A stretch of 64,000 nt of DNA from Glycera tridactyla (GCA_965644265.1 OZ286466.1:15810001-15874000), one strand, 5' to 3'; counted from the stretch's first letter, positions 1-11,574 are shown. Numbers and translations are program-made. The notes: generated by a model from the letters alone, not told the origin.

Positions 1-339
1 GAGTGCGGAAGACGAGACATATATACAACCCCCAATCTCGTTTGAAATCGACATTTCTGTGATATGAAAGGGCGGATGGATGAAATGGGATGGTTGATTT
101 GGTGTTGAGGACGCCACCTCGTTACTGAAGGTCACGTTGCTGGGGAGTCAGCCTCCAGTTCGTCAGTGGCAACAGCATCCTATTTGTTATTTGCACCACG
201 GGTGTCATTATTCTGATGTATGGTAGGCCGCTAGGAACAGTGTAGTTAATATTGCTCCCTCCGGTGAATATACCACAATGCACCTCGTCTACCAAATGCC
301 ACCTCATGCCAGGGGGCCAAACCCTATCCGCAACAGACC

Positions 340-409
340 CGAGTATTATTACTCCTGATACTACTGTTGCACCAACGACGACAACTACTACAAGTTCTAC
401 GATTATAAT

Positions 410-458
<49 letters not shown>
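340..458. repeat. Degenerate-to-pure (ACT)n trinucleotide tract
   Basis: Pure ctacta run at about 410-458, with degenerate ACN repeats from about 340. Confidence 0.95.
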
Positions 459-459
<1 letters not shown>

Positions 460-3400
460 AAAAAAACTCGATTACCTGGACGGAGTTGATGATATACCTG
501 AGAGAGTGGTAATAGATGAAACGGTGAACGGTGAATGATCAAGGTACATCACTTATCGACTTTCTGGTACAATCCAATACATGTATTGTGAATGGACGAG
601 TTTTCCCATTGAATGATAATTTTACCTCTACAAGCCACAAAGGAAAGGCTGTAGTGGATTACATGATTGTCCCCCATGATATTGTCAAATCTATCAAATA
701 CTTCAAGATCATTACACCCTCTGAAATGATGGAAGAAACAGGTTGTATAGGTGAATGCACAGGAAAGATCTCGGACCACGCCCTTCTCATGGCGCGAGTT
801 CGGCTTCGACCTATTGACCCGGAGACGGCAAGGGAAGAAAACACTAGTTCACAAATTGACCGCACAGATGGCGTGACGAATGTTAGCCAGAATAAAGGGA
901 AATATTCCAGCCCGCCTGTACGATATAGAAGGAAACATCTCCCAATCCCTTTACTAAGCAACGAGAATGCAGAACAAGTCCTGAAGTATATTGACACTAT
1001 CACAGCCGAGAATGTGAATCAAGAAAGAATAGACTGCATATATGACAATGTTTGTGAATACTACCATGGTATAATGTCCCTCCATTGGAAAAAGGTTAGT
1101 AATGCCCCAAACTCGTCAAAAAGGTACAAACACAAACCGTCTCCTTATTGGTGTGATGACTTACAAGAGTTGTGGGATAACATGCATGCAATTGAAAGAA
1201 TTTACCTCAAATCCAAAAGGAAAGGATCAACATTGATGAATGCAAGAAAAGACTTCTTGGACGCCCAGAGTAAGTTTGATAAATCATTGAAACAGCACAA
1301 ACGGAAATACAACCGAAATCGGGTTTTTGAATTGGAAAAGGCTAACACTTCCAACCCTACGGAATTCTGGAATCAGATCTCAAAACTGGGCCCCAGGAAG
1401 TCTACCAAATTACCCACAGAGGTATACGACAATGAGGGTGATGTTACCAACAATATTGAAACTGTTCTAGACAAATGGAAACAAGAGTTTCACTCACTGT
1501 TAACACCACCACCTTGTACGGACCCTGATCAAATTGCCTTTGAAATGAATGTCAAAGTACAAAATGATGAGCTATGTGAGATGTACGATGCAGAGGGCCA
1601 ATACAACCAAGCGATCAATGAGAGATTCACTTTTGAAGAAGTTGAGAAAATCGTTATGAAGGCAAAATCAGGTAAAGCTTCAGGTATAGACGGTCTGCCT
1701 GCTGAGATCTTTAAAAATGAATTGTCTATTACCTTACTTTCCGAATTATTCAATGTATGTATGTTTAATAAGGTTCTACCGAGTGCTTGGTCTTATGGTG
1801 TCATAAGCCCAATCCCCAAATGCAGAACTGCAGACCCCAGGGTCCTGTTGAACTACAGGGGGATCAGCCTGTTAACTGTTGCAAGTAAACTGTACACAGC
1901 TGCCATATCAAGTTGTTTGTCCAAATATATGGAAGATAACAATTTACTGGCTAATGAACAGAATGGCTTCTGCAGTAAAAGATCTTGTCTAGACCATATA
2001 TACACCCTACACAGCATTTGCAAAAATAGAATTGAAATGAATCAAGAAACTTTTCTAACCTTTATTGATTTCTCGAAGGCCTTCGATTATGTCACCCATG
2101 AGTTACTATTTCACAAGCTACTCAATAACAACATCAACGGACCCATCCTAAATGCCATTAAGAAAATATATGAACACCCACTCAGCTGTGTACAGTTGGA
2201 AGGACGGTTAACGGGCTGGTTCCCCATCACATCCGGAGTCAGACAGGGCGATTCATCGAGTCCCCTCTTATTCGCAACCTATATCAATGACCTTGTTCCC
2301 ATGATAAATGATCTCCAAGCTGGGGTGTCGGTGGGTGGAACCCAAATTGGTTTATTACTCTATGCTGATGACATCGTGCTTATATCAAATACTGTTGAAC
2401 AAGCACAAAAACAATTAAATACTATGACGAAATGGTGTCAGAAATGGAAGATGTCTATTAATCAGAAAAAAAGCCAAGTTCTCCATGTAAGAAACCACCA
2501 ACGCCCCCGCTCTTCTACTGTCTTGAAATGCTGCAATCACAATCTTGAATATGTAAGCATTTATAAATACCTGGGTGTACATTTTCACGAACACTGCTCA
2601 TTCAAACATGCTATAGAGACACTCACAACTGCCGCTACCAGATCATTTGGACGGGTAGTATCGCTGTTCAAAAACATGAAGAACATGGGCAATGCCAGCT
2701 ACCACACACTATTCAACACCTACGTTCTCCCCATACAGAATTATGGCAGTGGTGTTCGGGGTTTTAAAGACTACCAAGAACCCAGAGTGCTCCAGAACAG
2801 GGTTCAAAGATTCTATCTCGGGGTACATAAGTTCACCCCAGTGTGTGCCACCCAAATTGAGATGGGTTGGCTAGATGCCAGGGATACTAGATGGGTGGAA
2901 ATGATTAGATCGCACAACCATATAAATAAAATGGACCCAAATAGATTACCTGTCATCATGTATAAGTGGGAGAGATGGTTATCGAAAGATTGCTGGGCCT
3001 CAGAAATCAAGCATATCTTACATGTCTGTGACTTGTGTAACGACGAGGATACATGGAGAGTGTATGACCTGAAAATCCTTGAAGCGAGATTATTGAGGCT
3101 TAGGAAAGAACATCTATGGAATGAAGCAATGAGCAAACCCAAACTAAGAACTTCTGTCAAAATTCACAATACGGAACAGAACAAAATAATAGTATCCCAG
3201 AATTTGGACAGACAAGCAAGAAGTACGATCATTAAGTTTAAATGTGAGGTGCTTCCGCTGCTCATAGAGACAGGTCGCTTCAAGGGTATTCCAGTTGATG
3301 AACGTGTATGCCAGATATGCCCCGCTGGGCAAGTAGAAGACGAAATGCACTTTTTGTTACACTGTGAAAGTCTGAAGAATGAAAGAGAAGACATGTGGAA

Positions 3401-3947
3401 AGAGATACATCGAATTGAACCAGAATTGTCGAGAGAAGACCCATACTGTGTTTACATGTCATTACAAGCCAAGTTAGTGAAAATCACCGCCTCCCATATC
3501 AGCAAAATGATGGATCGTAGGAGAGCTTTAATGTATAACTGAACAATCAAAACCCATATATACTGAGAATGTAAACTCTATTATGATAACGTATGTGTGA
3601 CCCTGCTATACTGAGAAGTAACCACATATACGCTATCAACACGAAAACAAAACGTACTATCGTATGCGTGTGGATCCGAGGAGACCACCTCTTTGTAATC
3701 CATTATTCGATAATGGTTTTCAACCATTATCAATATCATCGGAAAGCAAGTGACAACAACCATAAGAATTTTTCCTATACCGGTGACAAATAGCCCCGCT
3801 TGTGGGGCGGGCATGTATATACAACTTCATCTACATTTATATTGACCAGATGTTGAAATATGTTTAATGACTGTTTGTATTTGTTGTTTGTATTGTGCTT
3901 GTCACGGAAATAAATTACTGTTCTACTGTTTTACTGTTTTACTGTTT
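459..3947 (+). mobile_element. 5'-truncated non-LTR retrotransposon (LINE), RTEX-like clade inferred
   Basis: Partial APE endonuclease, RT and C-terminal Cys/His motif. 3'UTR has AATAAA at 3909-3914 followed by a (TACTGTTT)n tail that merges into (ACT)n. The clade is inferred from the C-terminal LPLxIETGR..ERxCxxC..EDExHFLLxC signature, not from a tree. Confidence 0.9.
531..3542 (+). CDS. LINE ORF2: C-terminal part of APE endonuclease + reverse transcriptase + C-terminal CCHC-type motif
   Basis: APE motifs KAVVDY and SDHALL. RT motifs NYRGISLL, EQNGF, FIDFSKAFD, GVRQGD and LLYADDIVL. C-terminal ERVCQIC..EDEMHFLLHC. 1003 codons without a stop. The upstream frame LDYLDGVDDIPERVVIDETV (467-526) joins it if one copy of ACGGTGA is removed. 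Confidence 0.93.
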   Translation: MNDQGTSLIDFLVQSNTCIVNGRVFPLNDNFTSTSHKGKAVVDYMIVPHDIVKSIKYFKIITPSEMMEETGCIGECTGKISDHALLMARVRLRPIDPETAREENTSSQIDRTDGVTNVSQNKGKYSSPPVRYRRKHLPIPLLSNENAEQVLKYIDTITAENVNQERIDCIYDNVCEYYHGIMSLHWKKVSNAPNSSKRYKHKPSPYWCDDLQELWDNMHAIERIYLKSKRKGSTLMNARKDFLDAQSKFDKSLKQHKRKYNRNRVFELEKANTSNPTEFWNQISKLGPRKSTKLPTEVYDNEGDVTNNIETVLDKWKQEFHSLLTPPPCTDPDQIAFEMNVKVQNDELCEMYDAEGQYNQAINERFTFEEVEKIVMKAKSGKASGIDGLPAEIFKNELSITLLSELFNVCMFNKVLPSAWSYGVISPIPKCRTADPRVLLNYRGISLLTVASKLYTAAISSCLSKYMEDNNLLANEQNGFCSKRSCLDHIYTLHSICKNRIEMNQETFLTFIDFSKAFDYVTHELLFHKLLNNNINGPILNAIKKIYEHPLSCVQLEGRLTGWFPITSGVRQGDSSSPLLFATYINDLVPMINDLQAGVSVGGTQIGLLLYADDIVLISNTVEQAQKQLNTMTKWCQKWKMSINQKKSQVLHVRNHQRPRSSTVLKCCNHNLEYVSIYKYLGVHFHEHCSFKHAIETLTTAATRSFGRVVSLFKNMKNMGNASYHTLFNTYVLPIQNYGSGVRGFKDYQEPRVLQNRVQRFYLGVHKFTPVCATQIEMGWLDARDTRWVEMIRSHNHINKMDPNRLPVIMYKWERWLSKDCWASEIKHILHVCDLCNDEDTWRVYDLKILEARLLRLRKEHLWNEAMSKPKLRTSVKIHNTEQNKIIVSQNLDRQARSTIIKFKCEVLPLLIETGRFKGIPVDERVCQICPAGQVEDEMHFLLHCESLKNEREDMWKEIHRIEPELSREDPYCVYMSLQAKLVKITASHISKMMDRRRALMYN

Positions 3948-3997
<50 letters not shown>

Positions 3998-4086
3998 TCA
4001 CTACCACTACTACTACTAATACTACATTACTGCTACTACTCTCACTTCTATGATAAAATGCACTATTTTACTGAAATGCACTTTTT

Positions 4087-4122
<36 letters not shown>

Positions 4123-4198
4123 CACGATTACTATTTCTACCACGATCACTATTTCTACTACTATTACGATTACTACCATCACTACTATTACATTACTG

Positions 4199-4249
<51 letters not shown>

Positions 4250-4560
4250 TTACTACTACTACTACTACTTCTACCACTACAACCTCTCCTACTACGACCA
4301 CCAGTACTATCACTTGCATTATCACAACAACTGCAAAGAAAGGAGTCGGACAGGGCGCGTCATTGAGTCATACATTGCTCATGAATGTCTCGCAGTCTAT
4401 CTGGAGAAAAAAGGTCATCTGGGAGTTGTTACTGCTACTACTTTTACTACGAATAATGACAGTTATACCTCTACCTTTTCTACCAACACCACTACTACCA
4501 GCACCACCACCACCGCTACTACTACCACTACTACAACGACTACCACTACTAAAACTAGTA
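3948..4560. repeat. Long (ACT)n / ACC-rich low-complexity block
   Basis: Direct reading. It explains the poly-T/L/Y ORFs at 4050-4811. Confidence 0.95.
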
Positions 4561-4809
4561 TCAATTCCAGTGCGGTTTCACAATCAGCTTCTGAGCCAAA
4601 TGTTATTCTGCCCGCTGCTATCATTTTCACGTTCAATTTGTCCATGTTTACACACTGTAATGGCATAGGCATGGTAGGGTATGGAATATCAAACCAGGTC
4701 AAATTGGTCATCCATCTAATCAGAAACTCTACTCCAGATAACGTAACAACACAATGTTGTGTTCATCGAGAATGCCCACAACTAACTGGCTCTTTAGTGG
4801 AGTTAATCT

Positions 4810-4975
4810 AACGGCGACACCTCCCCGCATTCGAATGTGCTCATTATGGGTCCACCTTCATCCCACTCACATGTGACTAGCAGGCGTATGTAGAACCCCG
4901 GCCTTTGTGGTCCACGTTTCGAACCCCAAACCTTCCTGACAGTCAGCTGTTCTTCCCAGTGTGGAGTTGAATGTC
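4810..4975 (-). mobile_element. Possible degenerate tRNA-derived SINE
   Basis: Minus strand reads ggaagaacagctgactgtcaggaaggtttggGGTTCGAAAC. B-box at 4916-4925 with tRNA-like upstream sequence. The A-box is poor and I saw no second copy. Confidence 0.25.
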
Positions 4976-5064
4976 CGAGTTTGTGTGCAATGTTCATTCG
5001 ACTGAATATATATGCTTGATCCAATGTTTGATCCGTCCGATGCCTTATTCAGACCGAGGATGGT

Positions 5065-5215
5065 TGGACAGACAGACGGATGGACGGATAGATGGACGGA
5101 TGGACGAATGGACGGACGGACGGACGGACAGAGAGACAGAGCGACAGACGGAGCAACAGACAGACAGAAAAAGAGGCAGAAAAGAGACTGACTAACAGAT
5201 AGACAGAAGCAAAGA
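5065..5215. repeat. (GGAT/GGAC/GACA)n tetranucleotide microsatellite
   Basis: Direct reading. Confidence 0.9.
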
Positions 5216-5619
5216 CATAATACAGATGAACAAAGGTAAAAAGAGAAATAGAGACTTTCTGATTTTGGTGATGATGATGGTTGTAATGGTATAGATGGTG
5301 GTGTTAATGGTAGCAGTCTCGACATGCATTATCTATCATTTCCTTGGAAGGCTGCGCACGAAAAATATGCGGTATGAAAAAGAGGCAATAAATCCACATG
5401 AAAATGATACAGCCAGCATCTATATTCATTGGACTGGGATCAGACCACTTGATCTTGTGCCTTATATTATGTTCATTTATCACTCGCATACAACCTGCTG
5501 ATGGTCTAACGTCACGCCAACGTTGTAAACAGTCAGTGTCCCCTTGCACCTGATGACCACCATGGGGGTTGTATATCAATTAGGAAGAGAATGAATTCAG
5601 TGAACTATTTATTCCCCGA

Positions 5620-6130
5620 CATTTGGATGCGGAACGCTGGCCCGCGCTGTGCGCTGTCTCGTGTTAGGTGTTCCTAGTTGTGTCTTGGTAAACTCGGTCA
5701 AATCCATATGGTGGGTGCGTTTCAGACGCTAACTTCGCCATTTCTTGTCCAATTTCACTTTTAATGGCACGAATGGAATGTACAGATCTTCCCGCGATCA
5801 TCGAACCCTGTTTGAGATAATCGGCATGCTCTCGTGGAGGATACGTCATAATTTCATTGCATTTATACAGCGAATCCGCCGGCATTATCGTCTAATCTTT
5901 CCTATGTGAAACGATGGAGATGCGACTGCCGCACCTGCTGCGAAATCAGCGTGAAATCGACATATTTGGCGTTCTGCGGTGAAATATACACGGATACTTG
6001 GCCGTGATCACACTCCTGGTCGTCGGAGATGTCAACAAAGCCTGTCAGTGAGGCTCATTCGAATCTGGCGCGAATTCGCGATGCTGGGACGAAAAACGCA
6101 CCTTCCACGGAATAGAAAATGATTCCAGTT
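5620..6130. promoter_or_regulatory. CpG-rich island, possible promoter
   Basis: Roughly 40 CpGs in about 510 bp by hand count, visibly above the flanks. Minus-strand gaaATGGCG near 5740. Confidence 0.35.
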
Positions 6131-8070
6131 GATATTATCGTTTGAGGAATGACATTTCGACGAACTCAACCACCTCGCACTCAAGTTCAAGAATTGCCTC
6201 ATGTCACCTATTGTCCTTGTATTTGTTTTGACATAGGCCTAGACAAAAGCCGTTCACGAGTGTAATGTGTACAGGGTTAGAGGATCTGCACACACACGCA
6301 AGTTTAGGATCGATAAAACGGCGGCATATTGTATGTTGTTCTTTTATAATCAGACAATATCTGCACCGAACATTACCTTTCAATCAACACCTCACATTCA
6401 GACACGCCCTTCAGGCGTGATATCCCAAACTTCACCGTTGATTCGTGTTTCCCAAGTTCGCAGGATCGAAGGCAGGTTTTTGAATATACAATAAACAAAA
6501 AAGCAGAACGCTATAGTGGTTATTGAGAATGTATGAGAAAAAGATCATGATGGTAGCATATGATATCTGCCTTTCGACTTACTGTCGGAAGGAAGTGTAG
6601 AGATTTCGAACTTTTTTACCCAATTATCCTTCGAATCATACATTCATCCAATAATTCATTCATTTATCAATTTTCACATTAGTAGATTCCTTCACTTTTC
6701 TGGCATTCATCAGATCAGCCATTTGTCTATTCAACCATTCATTCGTTTTCTCTTCTCAAATTCATCTATTTACCTATTCATTGGTTTATTTCTTTCGTCA
6801 CTAATCTGTACATCAATCTGACTTGACTTGACTTGACTTGACTCATGCATTCATCATTCAATGTTTTATCTCTTCCTGAAGCAATTTATTTCTCTTCTTT
6901 TCGGGCCCAACCCATTGGTGCCATTTCCTATGATGACAACAGCAGACTAGATCCACTAGGCGAATTCAAGAATTATATATCATGCCTTAGATATGTCAAA
7001 TCAACGTGAAAGTATACATTATCAATCAACATATTTCATCGAAATTAGATTGACCTAATCAATATCAATGGTCGACGTTGCTATTCTGAATCGAAAATAA
7101 CTGTATTTTCTGATGAATAGTTAATTGATGATTATTTAATAGATTATCTCGAATCCAGAGAGCACCACATGTACTATATTGAGGCGCCAATACCATGGAT
7201 ATGGGTGGTAGTATCAATGACCCCTGCTTCCAGGACCCCAATTGGAGGTGAATTCTCATAGCATTCAATGCCAATCAAGCTGTATTCTATATACTGATAT
7301 CACATTGTTACAAGCCCAACCAGAGGCCTATAATATTAGGCTTGCTGCCCATTTGCGCAGTCACAAATCACATTAGATAAACTCTCATCTAATTAGCCTG
7401 CTCATTCATCTCTGCGCTGCTCAGTTCTCTTAGGTAACATCTCTCTCCCATCTCTCCCTGTTTTAATTGATGTTTATCCGCGTGTGCCTAATACAATAAT
7501 CCACACTGAACAAATAATCAGCGCATCACTAAATCCACACTCATCACAAATATGAGCTGGACACTTTCTGCCTGTGTCTAGCAAGTGGGAATAGATGAAT
7601 GTTTGAAGCTATCTCCAGGAATGAGATTCCATGTTGGCGTTACCTAACAGCTGTAATAGGTGATCTCAGTGGTGATGGTGTGATGGTGGTGGTGATGGTG
7701 GTGGTGAAGATGGTGGGGATAGTGGTGGTGGTGATCAATCGAAGCAGCTCATCCCCGAAAAGAGGGGAAAGATAACGAAAACAAAAACATAACAATCACC
7801 TCCAACAACATCAACATCAGCACCACCATTATTGAACTACGAAGATGACGATCATGACGACGGCGAAGAAGGACAAATGCAAGACGCGGAGGGAAAGAAG
7901 ATTAACAGGAGGTGAAAGAGAAGACCCAGTGAGAGGCGATAGATACGATGTCACCGACGACAATGCAGTTGGCGACCAATGCAGACTAAGGCGGTGATAC
8001 TGAAGAGATTGGTGGCGATGACAACGATGGCGAGAAGGATAATGGCAACCGTAATGACGATTATTTTTTG

Positions 8071-8125
8071 TTTGAGGTTTAACAGCATGTATCAAGCCTA
8101 GGGTTATGTATGTGGACACCTTTCA
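8071..8125 (-). mobile_element. Tiny fragment of the CR1/L2-like family seen at 26816
   Basis: 8071-8112 reverse-complemented matches 26816-26857 at 36/42 nt. Translation TYITLGLIHAVKP versus AYITLELIHAVEP. Confidence 0.55.
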
Positions 8126-8539
8126 AAGTATCCCTATATGATTGGAGACACTTCAGTAAATGACTTGGCAGAAGGGAAATAGTTTCAGCAATTTCGGGAG
8201 CACTTTTGGGGAATCAGACATAAAGCATTTCATTGAATAAGCTCACCGAAAAAGGGAATCGATCGTATTGCCATGACAAGTCAGTTTTCATTGCATTTTC
8301 ACACCAATACAAACAGAATAACGAAAAGGTTCGTCTACAATATCACCACTACCTATTTGTCATCAAGAACTATATTTTTCTTTCAGGAAATCATTTCAGA
8401 GATAATTATTTATCAGCATTTGACTATATTGATCAGCTGATGCTAATCCATACAGGGAAGCCTGGTGATGTTGGCTCCGATGATGATGATGTTGGCGATG
8501 GTGATGTAGAGTATGATGACGATGGTGGTGTCATTCCAG

Positions 8540-8614
8540 CCACCACGGACTAATACCACGACCCGGAAACAAGAGCGAGCATTACGAATACAACAGGATA
8601 TTGAGATTAAGTTT
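8540..8614 (+). CDS. Candidate coding exon (PPRTNTTTRKQERALRIQQDIEIKF), family not recognised
   Basis: tcattccAG acceptor, GTAAGC donor, 75 nt open, phase 0-0. Confidence 0.25.
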
Positions 8615-8794
8615 GTAAGCTCACACCTAGAACAACGTGTGAGCTGATACTGGTCCTGTGGGGGGGGGGGGGGGGTGTTCACTCCCAGCATTGTAATCAA
8701 GGGGAGTGTTTGAGGTGTCAACACAGTCACTTATTACATCGACAGCATAGTCAAATATCAGGAGCTGTCAATATTTTCACACATTAGACAAGCC

Positions 8795-8809
8795 ATCACA
8801 CACACACAC

Positions 8810-8856
<47 letters not shown>

Positions 8857-8910
8857 GCAAAGACACACACAACATACTCACACACAAATCATCACCCCCA
8901 CACACACAAA
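8795..8910. repeat. (AC)n microsatellite
   Basis: Direct reading. Confidence 0.95.
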
Positions 8911-9838
8911 CAGGCACACAACTATGCCACGGCCACACCCTGCTTCCGAAGAGGACCAAAATATCACAAAACAGAGCAACATATATATACAGAATTCAAA
9001 AATGCATAAATGAAATCCCGGTTGACTGCAGTACGAAGTGGACTTATCACATCTGAAATGAATGAAAATATGGTTGATCATCCGGTGTTCAAGCGGATCC
9101 GAATGTCTCATTCTGCTTCAGTTTGGCGCTAGATGGCTTTCCGTGTTTTGCTCTTGATGTATACCTTCTAGCATGCCTTGTCCCAGGCGCATTTACACAA
9201 AAGTGGCATAAAACTGCGATAAACAACAGCTCGAACAACAGCCCCCCATTACTAGGGGGTGGTTTAAGTGCTGCTTAGCATGTGATATAAGGTGTTCCAG
9301 GGTTACACCATCTACACACGTGCCTGATGTTGACCAGACACCGCTGGTAACAGCTTCCCTGTGTATACTCTCACCTTGTCTACACACTGGTTAGCACGGA
9401 CAACATCACACTCACAACAAACTAGCTTGCGATTGCCATGGAATTCCCATAAACCATAGCAACTGGTTGCACCTGTCAGTGGCCAGGCTATGTCTGCACC
9501 CTTTTTCGAGAGACAATGGAAATGGAATGAACCAGTATGACTAGTGTCCCTGACATGAATGAATCAAACCAAGCATAGAGAAAGCTTCATTCAATTCAGA
9601 GATGATTGTCATGAGGAGGTTGTGTGATGGCAAAAAAGCATTATGGTAGGCCGGAGGGATACTTTAGTACTTCCCTTAGAGGACTCATCGTTGATGAGTA
9701 TGTTACATGATCAGGATTTGCAAAGAGGACTGTGTTTCTTATAATCTGAGGAGAGAGGACCATCGGATTGATGAATTATAGCCTATAGTGCGAAGAAATC
9801 ACTTGTCACCACAAGCTGGGCATTCCACCCTTACTTAT

Positions 9839-10290
9839 CATTCCTATTAGGTTGAAGTGCTTCTTTACTCTTAGGAAGAAATTGTCAACATGGCAGCGTG
9901 ATTGTATCAAGGGAGCGAACTGGAAATCAAACTCGCGCTTGACATGAATGGACCAGCCATGGTGAAGTGCTTGGCAGGATCTCCAAGTGGAATAACATTC
10001 ATTCTACTGAATCCCTTCATAATCTCACTGTTTTACTACAGAAATTGTGTGAATAGGCACTCATTCAAGGTATAGTGCCCCCAGCAGATGTATGAATACA
10101 GAAACTAATAGTGATGCTTGTCCAAAGAGAGTGTGTCGATTTTAAGGCTCTTGTCATCATGATCTAGGTGGTTGAATTTCCCTCCAGGTGACTGAGTTGT
10201 CTGTGAGAAAGGAGGCAGTGCATATTGGACCAGGATATCCTGATCATTACAAACAGGAGATGGTGGGAATTTGTTTCATTCATTTCAGTT
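9839..10290 (-). mobile_element. Decayed Penelope-like element, GIY-YIG endonuclease region
   Basis: Frameshifted minus-strand peptides appear in the expected order: FPPSP..QDILVQYALPP (cf. FPxPP..NLRDILVRAKLP), LYL.EC..QF..KT (cf. IYLIxCxxCxxQYVGxT), PAKHFTMAG (cf. PVAxHFNxxGH) and ALQPN-GM (cf. TLxPxGLN). Confidence 0.5.
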
Positions 10291-11532
10291 ATTTATATTC
10301 ACATGATGGTAGTTGGTCTTTGACTGGTAACGGGTGAACGAGAGAAATGTTAGCTCTGGTGTCGTGGGAGAGGAGGGGTTGGATATGACATGTGATTAGT
10401 GAATGAATAGAGTATGAAACCCATTTGACTTCGACGTGTGGCAACTCACAGTTGAGGCATGCTGAAAGACAATTCTGACGTAATTTGAGCTGTATGGCTT
10501 CATGAACCCATCAANNNNNNNNNNNNNNNNNNNNNNNNNNNNNNNNNNNNNNNNNNNNNNNNNNNNNNNNNNNNNNNNNNNNNNNNNNNNNNNNNNNNNN
10601 NNNNNNNNNNNNNNNNNNNNNNNNNNNNNNNNNNNNNNNNNNNNNNNNNNNNNNNNNNNNNNNNNNNNNNNNNNNNNNNNNNNNNNNNNNNNNNNNNNNN
10701 NNNNNNNNNNNNNNNNNNNNNNNNNNNNNNNNNNNNNNNNNNNNNNNNNNNNNNNNNNNNNNNNNNNNNNNNNNNNNNNNNNNNNNNNNNNNNNNNNNNN
10801 NNNNNNNNNNNNNNNNNNNNNNNNNNNNNNNNNNNNNNNNNNNNNNNNNNNNNNNNNNNNNNNNNNNNNNNNNNATAAGGCGCCGGCAACGTGTTACTGG
10901 TGGTGGGTACCGCACTCAGAGGTCGTTAGTTTTCATATGAAATACTGAAATTGCACTTGGGTATTTAACACATTCCATGGACCCTTTTCCCAGTCGTCAT
11001 GCCAGAGACATGAATTGAAATAACGCGAGTGTATATGGTCAGTGCCGGGTATCCCTCTAAAACTGGGGGTGATACATTATGGTAGCTCATTAAGGTTCCC
11101 TCTTAGTGGGATGCCCAATTCGCGCATAGGGTAGGGGTCGTGGGTTCTACCTTCATAAGAACCCAAAACAACAGAATTCAACACATTTAATGAACCTACT
11201 GCCCATGTATTATGTCACTGATATGAATTGCACAATGAGATTTGTGTCCATCGACAGAGTTCGTTTGCCTGTGTGTGTACGCACGTGTGTGGTACACTCA
11301 AGTAATCCTCCATTCATTTACTAACGTCATGAAAATTTATCACTACTTGGTTACGCAATATATCTCCAAACGAAACCATGGTGAACACCATAAAACACAA
11401 AGAGGGTGACAAACAATAGCCTGAGAGTAGTGAATAAATCAGGGAAGGATAAAACTGTTACCAAGCAGGCTATATATTCTCACACCGCCCTATTATATCT
11501 TGTTTTTCATGGGTTGCAGGACTCGGCGTTGG

Positions 11533-11574
11533 GTCACGTGACACCTAATACGGATTGTGACCATAGCCAATAAG
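11533..11574. promoter_or_regulatory. Palindromic E-box GTCACGTGAC plus CCAAT box
   Basis: GTCACGTGAC at 11533-11542 (CLEAR/USF/MiT-type) and AGCCAATAAG at 11565-11574. Motif match only. Confidence 0.3.

Noticed and set aside
21-5576. 14-bp inverted repeat ATATACAACCCCCA (21-34 and 5563-5576) as transposon TIRs
   Set aside because: No target-site duplication, no transposase, and too short to exclude chance.
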